A DNA stretch of 64,000 nucleotides from an uncultured Eubacteriales bacterium (GTDB lineage: Bacteria; Bacillota; Clostridia; Christensenellales; CAG-138): the NCBI GenBank assembly GCA_902787375.1, contig CADAGD010000004.1, positions 28,018 through 92,017 of the forward strand, in the 5' to 3' direction. Positions 20,327-28,764 of the stretch are shown piece after piece. The notes below the pieces were generated by a model. It did no database searches. It was not told where the DNA came from and worked only from the letters and a program-made list of their open reading frames with translations. The translations under genes and the position numbers were made by a program. The first letter of the stretch is position 1; every line of letters starts with the position of its first letter.

Positions 20327-20536
20327 TTGGAAATGCGTTCGCTTTATAATGTCAGTCTTCCCACCGAGAGGGACGACAATGACGACAGGAAGACCCATGA
20401 CGATTGGGTTAAAAAGAACGAAAGCTGTTTGAATATGAATTTCGGTCTTATATCCGATAAGCTCTATGAACTGGAGCTGAGAATGGCTGTGCTTGAAGCC
20501 GCCGTTGAAAATATAGGCTCAAGCGGTTCAAGCTGA
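20327..20536 (+). CDS. hypothetical small protein (69 aa), predicted coiled-coil C-half
   Basis: GAGGAGG RBS 9 nt upstream of a TTG start. Terminator follows. Confidence 0.5.
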   Translation: MEMRSLYNVSLPTERDDNDDRKTHDDWVKKNESCLNMNFGLISDKLYELELRMAVLEAAVENIGSSGSS

Positions 20537-20560
20537 TAACAGGAATATTTGATGCAAAAT

Positions 20561-20610
20561 CGGGACGTCGTGTGGAGCCCTTTAAGCTCATATGCGGCGT
20601 CCCGTTTGTT
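20561..20610 (+). terminator. intrinsic terminator
   Basis: CGGGACGTCG...CGGCGTCCCG stem followed by TTTGTT. Confidence 0.55.
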
Positions 20611-20679
20611 ATGTTTGTTGATTAAATGTCATATAGCATACTGCGACCAAAAAAGACTAAATAAAGTTTGTGATAACTA

Positions 20680-20708
20680 TTGAAAAGAATGGTAAAAAGC
20701 AGTATAAT
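20680..20708 (+). promoter_or_regulatory. orphan near-consensus sigma-A promoter
   Basis: TTGAAA-N17-TATAAT. No SD-preceded ORF in the following 370 nt. Confidence 0.55.
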
Positions 20709-20793
20709 AATAAATGAAAGCTGAACTCTGCCGTATCATTTAAATGATATGGTCAAACCTCTGACAAACCCCAAATGCGCCGGAAATACCTGC

Positions 20794-20942
20794 CTTCCCC
20801 TCACAGGGGAAGGGGGACCGCCGCCTCAGCGGTGGTGGATGAGGTGGCAAAAAACTCAATAAGCACTTAGTTTTTTTGATAACGCCATTGTTTCCACCTC
20901 ATCAGTCAGACTTCGTCTGACAGCTTCCCCTCAAAGGGGAAG
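20794..20942. repeat. inverted pair of about 55-nt hairpin modules
   Basis: CTTCCCCT-CAC-AGGGGAAG + GC hairpin + GATGAGGTGG, then a 46-bp spacer, then CCACCTCATC + GTCAGAC-TTC-GTCTGAC + CTTCCCCT-CAA-AGGGGAAG. Confidence 0.75.
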
Positions 20943-21077
20943 CCAAGAAAAGCAGGCTTTGTCCGTAGTCTGAGCCTGAGTTACCAAAACTCAGGCTTTG
21001 AAATACTTGATGTCTCTCATGCTGCCGTGGTATAATGCTCACAGTAAAGGACGGTTTTACAGCAAAGGAGGAACAAT

Positions 21078-22073
21078 ATGAAAAAAACAAACACGATTAT
21101 AGCATCATCAATACTTGTGGCGGCAATGGCTTTCTCGTCCTGCGTTCCCGCAAAGACGGAGGCTGACGATGTAACTGAATCCATCAATCCAACGGAAGTC
21201 ACCGCCCTTGCATCCCCCGAAACAAACAATACAGAGTCTGCCGATTTGCCTGATTCGACCGAGTGCATTGAGACTTCCGGTGAAAAAGTGCTGCTCATAG
21301 ATAACGGTACTCTTGGAGAAAGTGAGTTTGATTACAGCTATGATATTACCAAGACCATAATTGAAACTGTTGATGAAAGCAAGGTTGGAACCGAAAAGAC
21401 TATTGAGTTTATGGGCAAGCAATATAAGCTGTTATATGAAAGGACTCGCTATGGCGTTTTGCTTAGCATTAAAGTTGATGATTATAAAATAGTAGAAGCT
21501 GAAGGCGAGTATGCCGATGAAATTGGTTATATTGATTTATTGCCCGATGGTACAATTTATTCAATTATAGCAAATCCTATATTCTCGATAGATATTCAGA
21601 GCTGCAAAAGCGGAGAGGACGTTAGGGCTTTAGTTGAAGAAAGCCTGAAGGATGAAATTGATTTCAGCAAATATGAACACTACTCAATAGTCGAGCCGGA
21701 CGAAGAAGCAGCCTTTTACTTCTATTCTATAAGTTGGAATAACAGTATTGACAATATAACGCTGTGTGATTCTGCGGCAGTCATGGTAGATACTGAAGGC
21801 GGTATTAGGGGTATACGCATGAAGGATAGGGTAGATTTTGGCTATGACACACTTCCCGATGATCTGAGCCTTGACGATTATCTCCCTCAGATAGAGAGCA
21901 AGCTAAAGAAAATCTATGGTGACGCATTTGTCGATTATGAGGTCAAATCCTCATTTGTGGGAAACATCGACGGTAATCTCTGCATAATCTGCGATGTTGA
22001 TGCCGACTACAACGATAAGCAAAACGAAAAAACCTATGATCAGATCGAGCTGGCGGTATTCATAAATCAATAA
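21078..22073 (+). CDS. lipoprotein, family A copy 1
   Basis: AAAGGAGG RBS. Signal peptide and lipobox AFSS|C. Paralogous to 23067-24032 along its full length. Confidence 0.8.
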   Translation: MKKTNTIIASSILVAAMAFSSCVPAKTEADDVTESINPTEVTALASPETNNTESADLPDSTECIETSGEKVLLIDNGTLGESEFDYSYDITKTIIETVDESKVGTEKTIEFMGKQYKLLYERTRYGVLLSIKVDDYKIVEAEGEYADEIGYIDLLPDGTIYSIIANPIFSIDIQSCKSGEDVRALVEESLKDEIDFSKYEHYSIVEPDEEAAFYFYSISWNNSIDNITLCDSAAVMVDTEGGIRGIRMKDRVDFGYDTLPDDLSLDDYLPQIESKLKKIYGDAFVDYEVKSSFVGNIDGNLCIICDVDADYNDKQNEKTYDQIELAVFINQ

Positions 22074-22192
22074 AATACACGGCATTAAAGCCTGAATTAT
22101 CAGAAGTTCAGATTTTGAAATACTTGATGTTTCTATGATATAATACTTGTGGGAATCAAAAGATTTACAATAAAAAAAGATGGAGGTGCTTT

Positions 22193-23070
22193 GTGAAACG
22201 TGCAGCCGTAATTCTATTCTGCTTTATTATGCTTTCGTTATTTGGATGTACAGTCAGTCCTAAAACATCCCTTGCTGTACTTGAGGTCAATAAACTGCCG
22301 CTATCCGATTCGGATTTGAGGATCAGCGAGTTGGAGATAAACCAAAACGCGGGTTCGGATTTGATAAGCAGGTCAGCCATGGTATTTGAAACCTCGGCAG
22401 CAGACGTGGATGAAGAATACTTAGATTCATTCAAAAAAAGTATTGGCTTTGGAGAATGTACCATGGCCGATGATGACGAAGCAATGAGTATTACGGACGA
22501 TAAGGGCAATTTCCTTACGGTGTTCAAGGCTTCGGGAACAATAACCTATTACAGCACTCCGGAGGGAGGGGATACACCCGTTGATGAATCCTCTGAGCTG
22601 CTTTCTGATGAAGAATACATGAGAATCGCAAGCGACTGGCTGAGCCATACGGGACTGCTTACGGATGAATACACCGAGAAGGATGCCGTCGTTGCCGACA
22701 ACGGTTTTGTAACAAAGACAGATGATGACGGTACTTCGCAGTTGACGTTACATTGGATGGACGGATAAAGAATGTTGTAAAGATTCAGAGGGAGTATAAA
22801 CCACTTGCGGAATATCCTCTGCAAAGCATAGAGAAAGCAATTCGTAAACTTAAGGACGGAGAGGGCGTGTTCTATGTTTCCGACAATGCAGGACAAAAAG
22901 GTATTATTGAGAATGTGAAGCTGGCATATTATAACACGGATGTTATGGACGATTGCCCGTATCTGCTCCCTGTTTATATATTTGAAGGAACAAGCGAAGG
23001 CTCTCAGTTTACGGCAATGGTCTATGCGCTTGAGGAGGATTGCTATACTGTAACAGGAGGCACAACGTGA
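22193..23070 (+). pseudogene. lipoprotein gene split by a +1 frameshift (ORFs 22193-22768 and 22753-23070)
   Basis: The first ORF has a lipobox (SLFG|C). The second ORF has no SD and only a TTG start. The frames overlap at ACGTTACATTGGATGG, where one extra T would fuse them. Confidence 0.5.
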
Positions 23071-24032
23071 AAAAAACAAATTCAATTTTAGCATCATCAA
23101 TGCTTGCGGCGGCAATAGCTTTCTCGTCCTGCGCTCCGAGTACAGAAAACACACCGGCAGACACTATTGCTCCGAGTGCTTCACAGGGGATTGTGACGAC
23201 AGCTCCCGAAGAAACCGAAAAAAACGCTTCGCTGACGGACGGTCAGGTATTGCTGATAAACAACGGACAATGCGGGGAGTCTGGTATTGAATATGTCTTT
23301 GATTATGAAGATATGATTATGACGGTCGATGAGAACAAGGTGGGAACCGAGAAAACGGTTGAGTTCTTGGGCAAGCAATACGGGCTTGTTTATAATCAGA
23401 CAGTCACATATGTTACTCACAATGCAACGGTTGACGAGTATTGCTTAACCGGGGATATGAAGCTTAACCGTTACGGAAATGAAAACCATATACGTCTATT
23501 GCCCGATGATTCGGTTTTTTCAATCTCATTAGACCCGATATTGAAGATTGATATAGCGGAGAATGAAAGCGTTGAGGATATCCGGGCTGATGTTGAAAAA
23601 GCCCTGCAAAATGAGATAGATTTTGATAAGTTTGAGTTCTGCAATGTTACAGAGCCGAATGAGGAAGCGGGCTACGACTACTATACGTTGACATGGTTCA
23701 ATAAGAAAAATGATATTCCTATGTCTGATACGGTCAGGATATATATGCTGTACGATGGTGATATAACAACCATTTGGATGAATAATAAGGTTGACCTCGG
23801 TCTTAATTCGGTTCGTGGTGATTTCGACATTGAGAGTTATCTGCCGCATATAGAGAAAAAGCTGCGAGAGATTTTCAAGGAAGCCTATGTAAGCTATGAG
23901 ATCAAGTCCTCAATAATCGGAAATATCGACGGTAAACCCTGTATAGTTTGTGACATCAGCACCGTGTATAATGATGGAAATGGTGATGATTTGCACGATC
24001 TGATTGAAATGGCAATATTCATAAACCAATGA
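23067..24032 (+). CDS. lipoprotein, family A copy 2
   Basis: GTG start at 23067 (VKKTNSILASS...), lipobox AFSS|C; paralog of 21078-22073. Confidence 0.8.
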   Translation: MKKTNSILASSMLAAAIAFSSCAPSTENTPADTIAPSASQGIVTTAPEETEKNASLTDGQVLLINNGQCGESGIEYVFDYEDMIMTVDENKVGTEKTVEFLGKQYGLVYNQTVTYVTHNATVDEYCLTGDMKLNRYGNENHIRLLPDDSVFSISLDPILKIDIAENESVEDIRADVEKALQNEIDFDKFEFCNVTEPNEEAGYDYYTLTWFNKKNDIPMSDTVRIYMLYDGDITTIWMNNKVDLGLNSVRGDFDIESYLPHIEKKLREIFKEAYVSYEIKSSIIGNIDGKPCIVCDISTVYNDGNGDDLHDLIEMAIFINQ

Positions 24033-24048
24033 AACACACGGCATTAAA

Positions 24049-24078
24049 GCCTGAGTTGTCAAAAGCTCAGGCTTTTAC
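24049..24078 (+). terminator. intrinsic terminator
   Basis: AGCCTGAG-N10-CTCAGGCT followed by TTTT. Confidence 0.75.
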
Positions 24079-24362
24079 AGTGCCGGAGTCATTCCGTTTT
24101 AAAGCGAAATAATAACCCGGTTCTTCAATATTATATGCTCTTTTACAAAAAAAGCCCTTTTCGGTGAAATATACAATAAATTGTAGCAATTCGTTATGGA
24201 ATAAATATGCTTAATGTGTTATACTTTATGTTGGTTGATGATAGGGAAAATCTGCCTGTGGCTGAAAAGAGGCGTAACGCCTTTAAAAAGCGGGCGGATA
24301 TGCCCTTGAATCGACTTAAACCCACTAATTTTTCCGCTAAAAGCGGTACAAGGAGGACTGTC

Positions 24363-24857
24363 ATGGCAAAACAAATCACGGCAATTCCCTTTAAGGGCAC
24401 TCCTGAGCAGGAAAAGCAGCTCATGGATGTTATCGCCACTTGGAAGGGTAAGGACGGCGCGACAATGCCCGTTCTTCAGAAGGCACAGGAAATCTACGGG
24501 TATCTGCCCATAGAGGTTCAGAAGATGGTAGCTGACGGACTCGGCCGTTCCCTTGAGGAGATTTACGGCGTTTCCACATTCTATTCCATGTTCAATCTTG
24601 AGCCCAGAGGCGAGCATGTCATCAGGGTATGTCTTGGCACAGCTTGTTACGTTAAGGGCTCCCAGAACATTCTGGACGAGCTTGCCCGCGTTCTCAATGT
24701 AGAGCCCGGTCACACCACAAGCGACGGTAAGTTCACCCTTGAGCCCACCCGTTGTCTCGGCTGCTGCGGTCTTGCTCCCGTTATGACTATCGACGGCGAG
24801 GTTTACGGTCGCCTCGTTCCTGCCGACGTCAGGGACATCATCGCAAAGTATCAATAA
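24363..24857 (+). CDS. hydC: NuoE-like [2Fe-2S] subunit of bifurcating [FeFe]-hydrogenase (HydC)
   Basis: AGGAGG RBS plus ATG at 24363. Thioredoxin-like 2Fe-2S motifs C-x4-C (CLGTAC) and CLGCCGLAP. Confidence 0.9.
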   Translation: MAKQITAIPFKGTPEQEKQLMDVIATWKGKDGATMPVLQKAQEIYGYLPIEVQKMVADGLGRSLEEIYGVSTFYSMFNLEPRGEHVIRVCLGTACYVKGSQNILDELARVLNVEPGHTTSDGKFTLEPTRCLGCCGLAPVMTIDGEVYGRLVPADVRDIIAKYQ

Positions 24858-24894
24858 TTAATAAGCGTCAATCTGAAAAAGGAGAACCGCCAAT

Positions 24895-25266
24895 ATGAAG
24901 ATCAGCGAAGTGGCAGAAATACTGGAAGCCGTCGTATTGACCGGCGGTCAAATGCTTGATGAGGAAGTTCATTCCGCCTGCGGAAGCGACATGATGAGCG
25001 ATGTGCTGGCATTTGTCAAGGATCAGGGCGTGCTGCTCACAGGGCTTATAAACGTGCAGGTCATAAGAACTCTGCTTATGATGGATATGAACTGTGTGGT
25101 TTTCGTAAGAGGAAAGGTGCCGCCCGAAGGCATTGTTGAATTTGCCGAGGAAAGCGGCGTGGCAGTTCTTCAAACAAAGCTGCCAATGTTTGAGGCCTGC
25201 GGAAGGCTCTACTCCCGCGGTCTTGGACGCGGCGATATGAAAACGGAAGGCAATGCCCATGAATGA
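24895..25266 (+). CDS. DRTGG domain protein
   Basis: 123 aa, SDMMSDVLAFV...LLTGL pattern typical of DRTGG proteins (recall-based). Confidence 0.7.
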   Translation: MKISEVAEILEAVVLTGGQMLDEEVHSACGSDMMSDVLAFVKDQGVLLTGLINVQVIRTLLMMDMNCVVFVRGKVPPEGIVEFAEESGVAVLQTKLPMFEACGRLYSRGLGRGDMKTEGNAHE

Positions 25267-25684
25267 AGCGCTCCATTACCATTTCGATGTTGACGGCGCG
25301 AACTTCTCAAATGCCGGCAGAGCGTCGGTCGAAACAAAGAAGCTTCTGAGGCAGTTGGGCGTACCGCCTGAAATTATACGCCGTATATCCGTCGCCATGT
25401 ATGAGGGTGAGATAAATATGGTGATCCACGCTCATGGCGGCGACGCGGACGTCTATATCACCGAGGATACCGTGCTGATCACATTGAAGGATGTGGGGCC
25501 GGGAATCCGAGACGTCGAGGAAGCAATGAAGGAGGGGTTCTCAACCGCTCCTGAGAATATACGCGCGCTCGGTTTCGGCGCGGGTATGGGTCTTCCCAAT
25601 ATGAAGCGATATTCGGATGAAATGCACATCGACACGAAGGTTGGCGTCGGTACGAGCATAGAACTCTGGTATCACTTGAAATGA
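25253..25684 (+). CDS. GHKL-type ATPase / anti-sigma-factor-like Ser/Thr kinase (SpoIIAB/RsbW-like)
   Basis: 143 aa with DVGPGI (G1-like) and GFGAGMGL (G2-like) boxes. Confidence 0.75.
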   Translation: MPMNEALHYHFDVDGANFSNAGRASVETKKLLRQLGVPPEIIRRISVAMYEGEINMVIHAHGGDADVYITEDTVLITLKDVGPGIRDVEEAMKEGFSTAPENIRALGFGAGMGLPNMKRYSDEMHIDTKVGVGTSIELWYHLK

Positions 25685-25733
25685 TCCGCTCTTGTGCGGA
25701 AAAGTATTATTCCTCTGAGGAAGGGAGGCTGTC

Positions 25734-27011
25734 ATGGCTGTATACACCCATTCGGTCTATGTCGATCCCGAAAGATGTACCGGATGCACAAACTGCCTTA
25801 GAAGATGCCCCGTCGAGGCGATAAGAATAAGGCAGGAAAAGGCTGTCATAAATGCGCTCAAGTGTATTGACTGCGGCGAATGTATTAGAGCCTGCAAGCA
25901 TAACGCCAAGCGCGCCTCTTACGATAAGCTTTCCGATCTGGATTTTTCAAAGCATCTCATCGCGCTGCCCGCTCCGTCATTGTTCGGACAGTTCAATCAT
26001 CTTGATGAGGCTGAGTATGTGATAAACGGACTCCTCGAAATGGGGTTCAAGGAGGTATATGAGGTGGCAAGAGCCGCCGAGTATGTCACCGACCTGACGA
26101 GGATATATCTCAACAGTCCAAAGGCGAAGAAGCCCGCGATAAGCTCGGCTTGTCCTGTGATAGTAAGGCTCATAAAGCTGAGGTTCCCGACATTGTGCGA
26201 TCAGCTTGTGCCGATTCTGCCTCCATATGAGCTGGCAGGCAAGCTTGCAAGGGAAAGAGCCCTGCGCGAGCATCCGGAGCTTTCACCGGATGATATTAAG
26301 ACCGTTTTCATCTCACCCTGCCCTGCCAAGGTAAGTTGGGCAAAGAGCATTATGGACGGACAGACCGTGCATGTCGATTATGTGACAAGCATGAACGACG
26401 TCTATATGGAGCTTCTGAAAAAGATGAAGCGCGATGAAGACTGTAACGGGAACGTCGTTTCCGAAGCGGGCATAGTCGGAATGAGTTGGGCTACCACGAG
26501 CGGCGAGGCTGCCTCGCTTATGAATGAGGGCTATCTCGCTGCCGACGGCATTGATAACGTAATAAAGGTTCTTGACGATCTTGAAAGCGGTACGCTGAGC
26601 GAAATTAATTTTGTGGAGCTGAATGCGTGCAGCCCCGGCTGTGTCGGCGGCGTGCTTGCGCCCACAAATGGATTTATTGCAAGGCTCAGACTTCAAAACC
26701 TGCGCAAAAGCAGCGGAATGGTCGTCAAGCCCAATGATATTGCGGATATTGAGAAGGGTGACAGGCTTAAAGGCGGCGTCATACCGCCCGAATACATCGA
26801 GTCAGACGCCTTTACATACATGCCGGAGGGTGCTCCAAACATGCTTGCTATGATGCTTGCGATGAAGAAGGCGGATGCGCTTGCGGAAAAACTCCCCAAA
26901 AAGGACTGCGGAGCGTGCGGTTCACCCACATGCAAGGCGTTTGCCCTGGATGTCGTAAACGGCGACGCTCAGCTTTCCGACTGCGTACTCAGGTCTCAGA
27001 TGGAGGGCTGA
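25734..27011 (+). CDS. [FeFe]-hydrogenase-like Fe-S protein (H-domain-like, non-canonical motifs; putative sensor)
   Basis: Two ferredoxin CxxCxxCxxxCP motifs at the N-terminus. H-cluster-like motifs SSACP, SPCPAK and ELNACSPGCVGG. C-terminal CGACGSPTC Fe-S motif. Confidence 0.85.
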   Translation: MAVYTHSVYVDPERCTGCTNCLRRCPVEAIRIRQEKAVINALKCIDCGECIRACKHNAKRASYDKLSDLDFSKHLIALPAPSLFGQFNHLDEAEYVINGLLEMGFKEVYEVARAAEYVTDLTRIYLNSPKAKKPAISSACPVIVRLIKLRFPTLCDQLVPILPPYELAGKLARERALREHPELSPDDIKTVFISPCPAKVSWAKSIMDGQTVHVDYVTSMNDVYMELLKKMKRDEDCNGNVVSEAGIVGMSWATTSGEAASLMNEGYLAADGIDNVIKVLDDLESGTLSEINFVELNACSPGCVGGVLAPTNGFIARLRLQNLRKSSGMVVKPNDIADIEKGDRLKGGVIPPEYIESDAFTYMPEGAPNMLAMMLAMKKADALAEKLPKKDCGACGSPTCKAFALDVVNGDAQLSDCVLRSQMEG

Positions 27012-27051
27012 CGCCCAAGGCATTAAACCTTACCGTTCAAAGGAGAAAACA

Positions 27052-27408
27052 ATGCTGACTGTTGAAAAACTGATGGATAAGCTTGAGCTTGCGCCCATTG
27101 AGCTGCCGGATGGCACGCGCCGGATAACCGGCGGCTATGCCGGAGACCTTTTAAGCTGGGTCATGGGCAGGGCAAATGAGGGCGACGCATGGGTGACTAT
27201 AATGACAAACATGAATGTCGCCGCTGTCGCGCAGCTTACCGACGTGGCTTGCGTAATATTCGCGGAGGGCGTTGAGCCCGATAAAGAAACGGTGCTTAAG
27301 GCAAGAATGCACGGTATAAACCTGCTTGGAAGCCCCAAGGGCATTTTCGAGCTTTGCGGTCTTATCAGCGAAGCCATGCTTGCCGATGAGCATGAGGAAA
27401 GGAACTGA
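27052..27408 (+). CDS. DRTGG domain protein
   Basis: 118 aa, GGYAGDLLSWVM...TNMNVAAVA pattern (recall-based). Confidence 0.7.
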   Translation: MLTVEKLMDKLELAPIELPDGTRRITGGYAGDLLSWVMGRANEGDAWVTIMTNMNVAAVAQLTDVACVIFAEGVEPDKETVLKARMHGINLLGSPKGIFELCGLISEAMLADEHEERN

Positions 27409-27411
27409 CAA

Positions 27412-28125
27412 ATGGCTCTTTTTACCTACGATTTGCATGTACATTCCTGTCTGTCGCCCTGTGGCGACGACGATATGACACCGTGCAATATTGCGGGTAT
27501 GGCAATGATTGCCGGGGTCAAAATAGTGGCGTTAACCGATCATAATTCCTGCAAGAACTGTGAGGCGTTCTTCATGGCTTGCGAGGACTACGGCATAACG
27601 CCTGTCGCGGGATGTGAGCTGACCACCTCTGAGGAGATTCACATGGTGTGCCTGTTTGAAGGCCTGAAACAGGCTATGGCCTTCGACAAGACGATACAGC
27701 CTTACAGAATGCCGTTAAAGAACCGTGTGGAGATATTCGGTTCACAGCCCATAATGGGAAGGGACGATGAGATAATAGGGGAGGAGCCATGGTTTCTGCC
27801 CGCCGCCACATCACTTTCACTCAACGAAGCTGCGGAGCTTGTCAGAAGCATGGGAGGATTAGCCTATCCCGCTCATATTGACAGGGAATCAAACGGGCTG
27901 CTTGCGATACTGGGAACGTTCCCCGATGAGCCGGTTTTCGAGCTGTGCGAGGTCAGGGACAAGGAAAACGCTCAGAAGCTTGCAGGCGGAAGGCGCGTTG
28001 TGGTATCGAGCGACGCGCACAGGCTTACGGATTTTGCCGTCACGCTCAATCATATTGAGCTGGATTGCGAACCCGATTCGCCGCCGGAGATTATCCGCAA
28101 AGCATTGTTCAAAAAACTATCATAA
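27412..28125 (+). CDS. PHP (polymerase/histidinol phosphatase) domain protein
   Basis: DLHVHS near the N-terminus, LTDHN, AHIDRE and SDAH metal-ligand motifs. Confidence 0.8.
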   Translation: MALFTYDLHVHSCLSPCGDDDMTPCNIAGMAMIAGVKIVALTDHNSCKNCEAFFMACEDYGITPVAGCELTTSEEIHMVCLFEGLKQAMAFDKTIQPYRMPLKNRVEIFGSQPIMGRDDEIIGEEPWFLPAATSLSLNEAAELVRSMGGLAYPAHIDRESNGLLAILGTFPDEPVFELCEVRDKENAQKLAGGRRVVVSSDAHRLTDFAVTLNHIELDCEPDSPPEIIRKALFKKLS

Positions 28126-28140
28126 AGAAGGGGACGCCGT

Positions 28141-28692
28141 ATGAAGGAATTATCACTCAACATACTGGATATCGCGCAGAACTCCATACACGCGGAGGCA
28201 AGGCTTGTCCGTATTCTGATAACGGAATCGGATGAAACGCTCAAGCTTGAGATAATGGATGACGGCAAGGGTATGAGCGAGGAATTTCTTAACCGAGTGA
28301 CCGATCCGTTCTCCACGACCAGAACGACCCGCAAGGTCGGAATGGGGCTGCCGCTTTTAAAGCTGGCGGCGGAGCAGACGGGAGGCTCAATGAGTGTCAC
28401 ATCCCGTGAAAGGGCGCTGTACCCGGAAACTCACGGGACTGAGGTAACGGCTGTCTTTTATAAAAAACATCTTGATTTTACCCCGCTCGGCGATGTCATA
28501 TCGACCGTCGTTTCACTTGTGCAGGGAAGTCCCGAAGTGGATTTTCTGTTCGTGCATGAGCTTGGAGAAAAAAGAGTCGAGCTTGACACAAGGGACATAC
28601 GCGAGGTGCTGGGGGACGTACCCTTAAGCTCACCCGACGTCCTTGTGTGGATAAGGGAATCGCTTATCGAGCAGTACGGATACAGCGAATAA
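28141..28692 (+). CDS. GHKL (histidine-kinase-like) ATPase domain protein
   Basis: N-box-like LNILDIAQNSI, DDGKGM, GMGLPLLK. Confidence 0.75.
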   Translation: MKELSLNILDIAQNSIHAEARLVRILITESDETLKLEIMDDGKGMSEEFLNRVTDPFSTTRTTRKVGMGLPLLKLAAEQTGGSMSVTSRERALYPETHGTEVTAVFYKKHLDFTPLGDVISTVVSLVQGSPEVDFLFVHELGEKRVELDTRDIREVLGDVPLSSPDVLVWIRESLIEQYGYSE

Positions 28693-28764
28693 TGTAACAA
28701 AATCCCGGAGCGTTTTCCGGGAACAACTGAAAATCAAATCACCTGATGAAAGGAAAAAGTGATT

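Noticed and set aside
16296-20536. Possibility of an intact prophage
   Set aside because: Only 3-5 small-to-medium ORFs are present. No integrase, repressor, terminase, portal, capsid, tail or lysis genes and no flanking att repeats were seen. At most this is a remnant or domesticated cassette.
24219-24854. 211-aa minus-strand ORF, and the long 24207 start of the plus ORF
   Set aside because: The minus ORF is antisense to hydC. The plus ORF's upstream extension lacks an RBS, whereas AGGAGG precedes the ATG at 24363.
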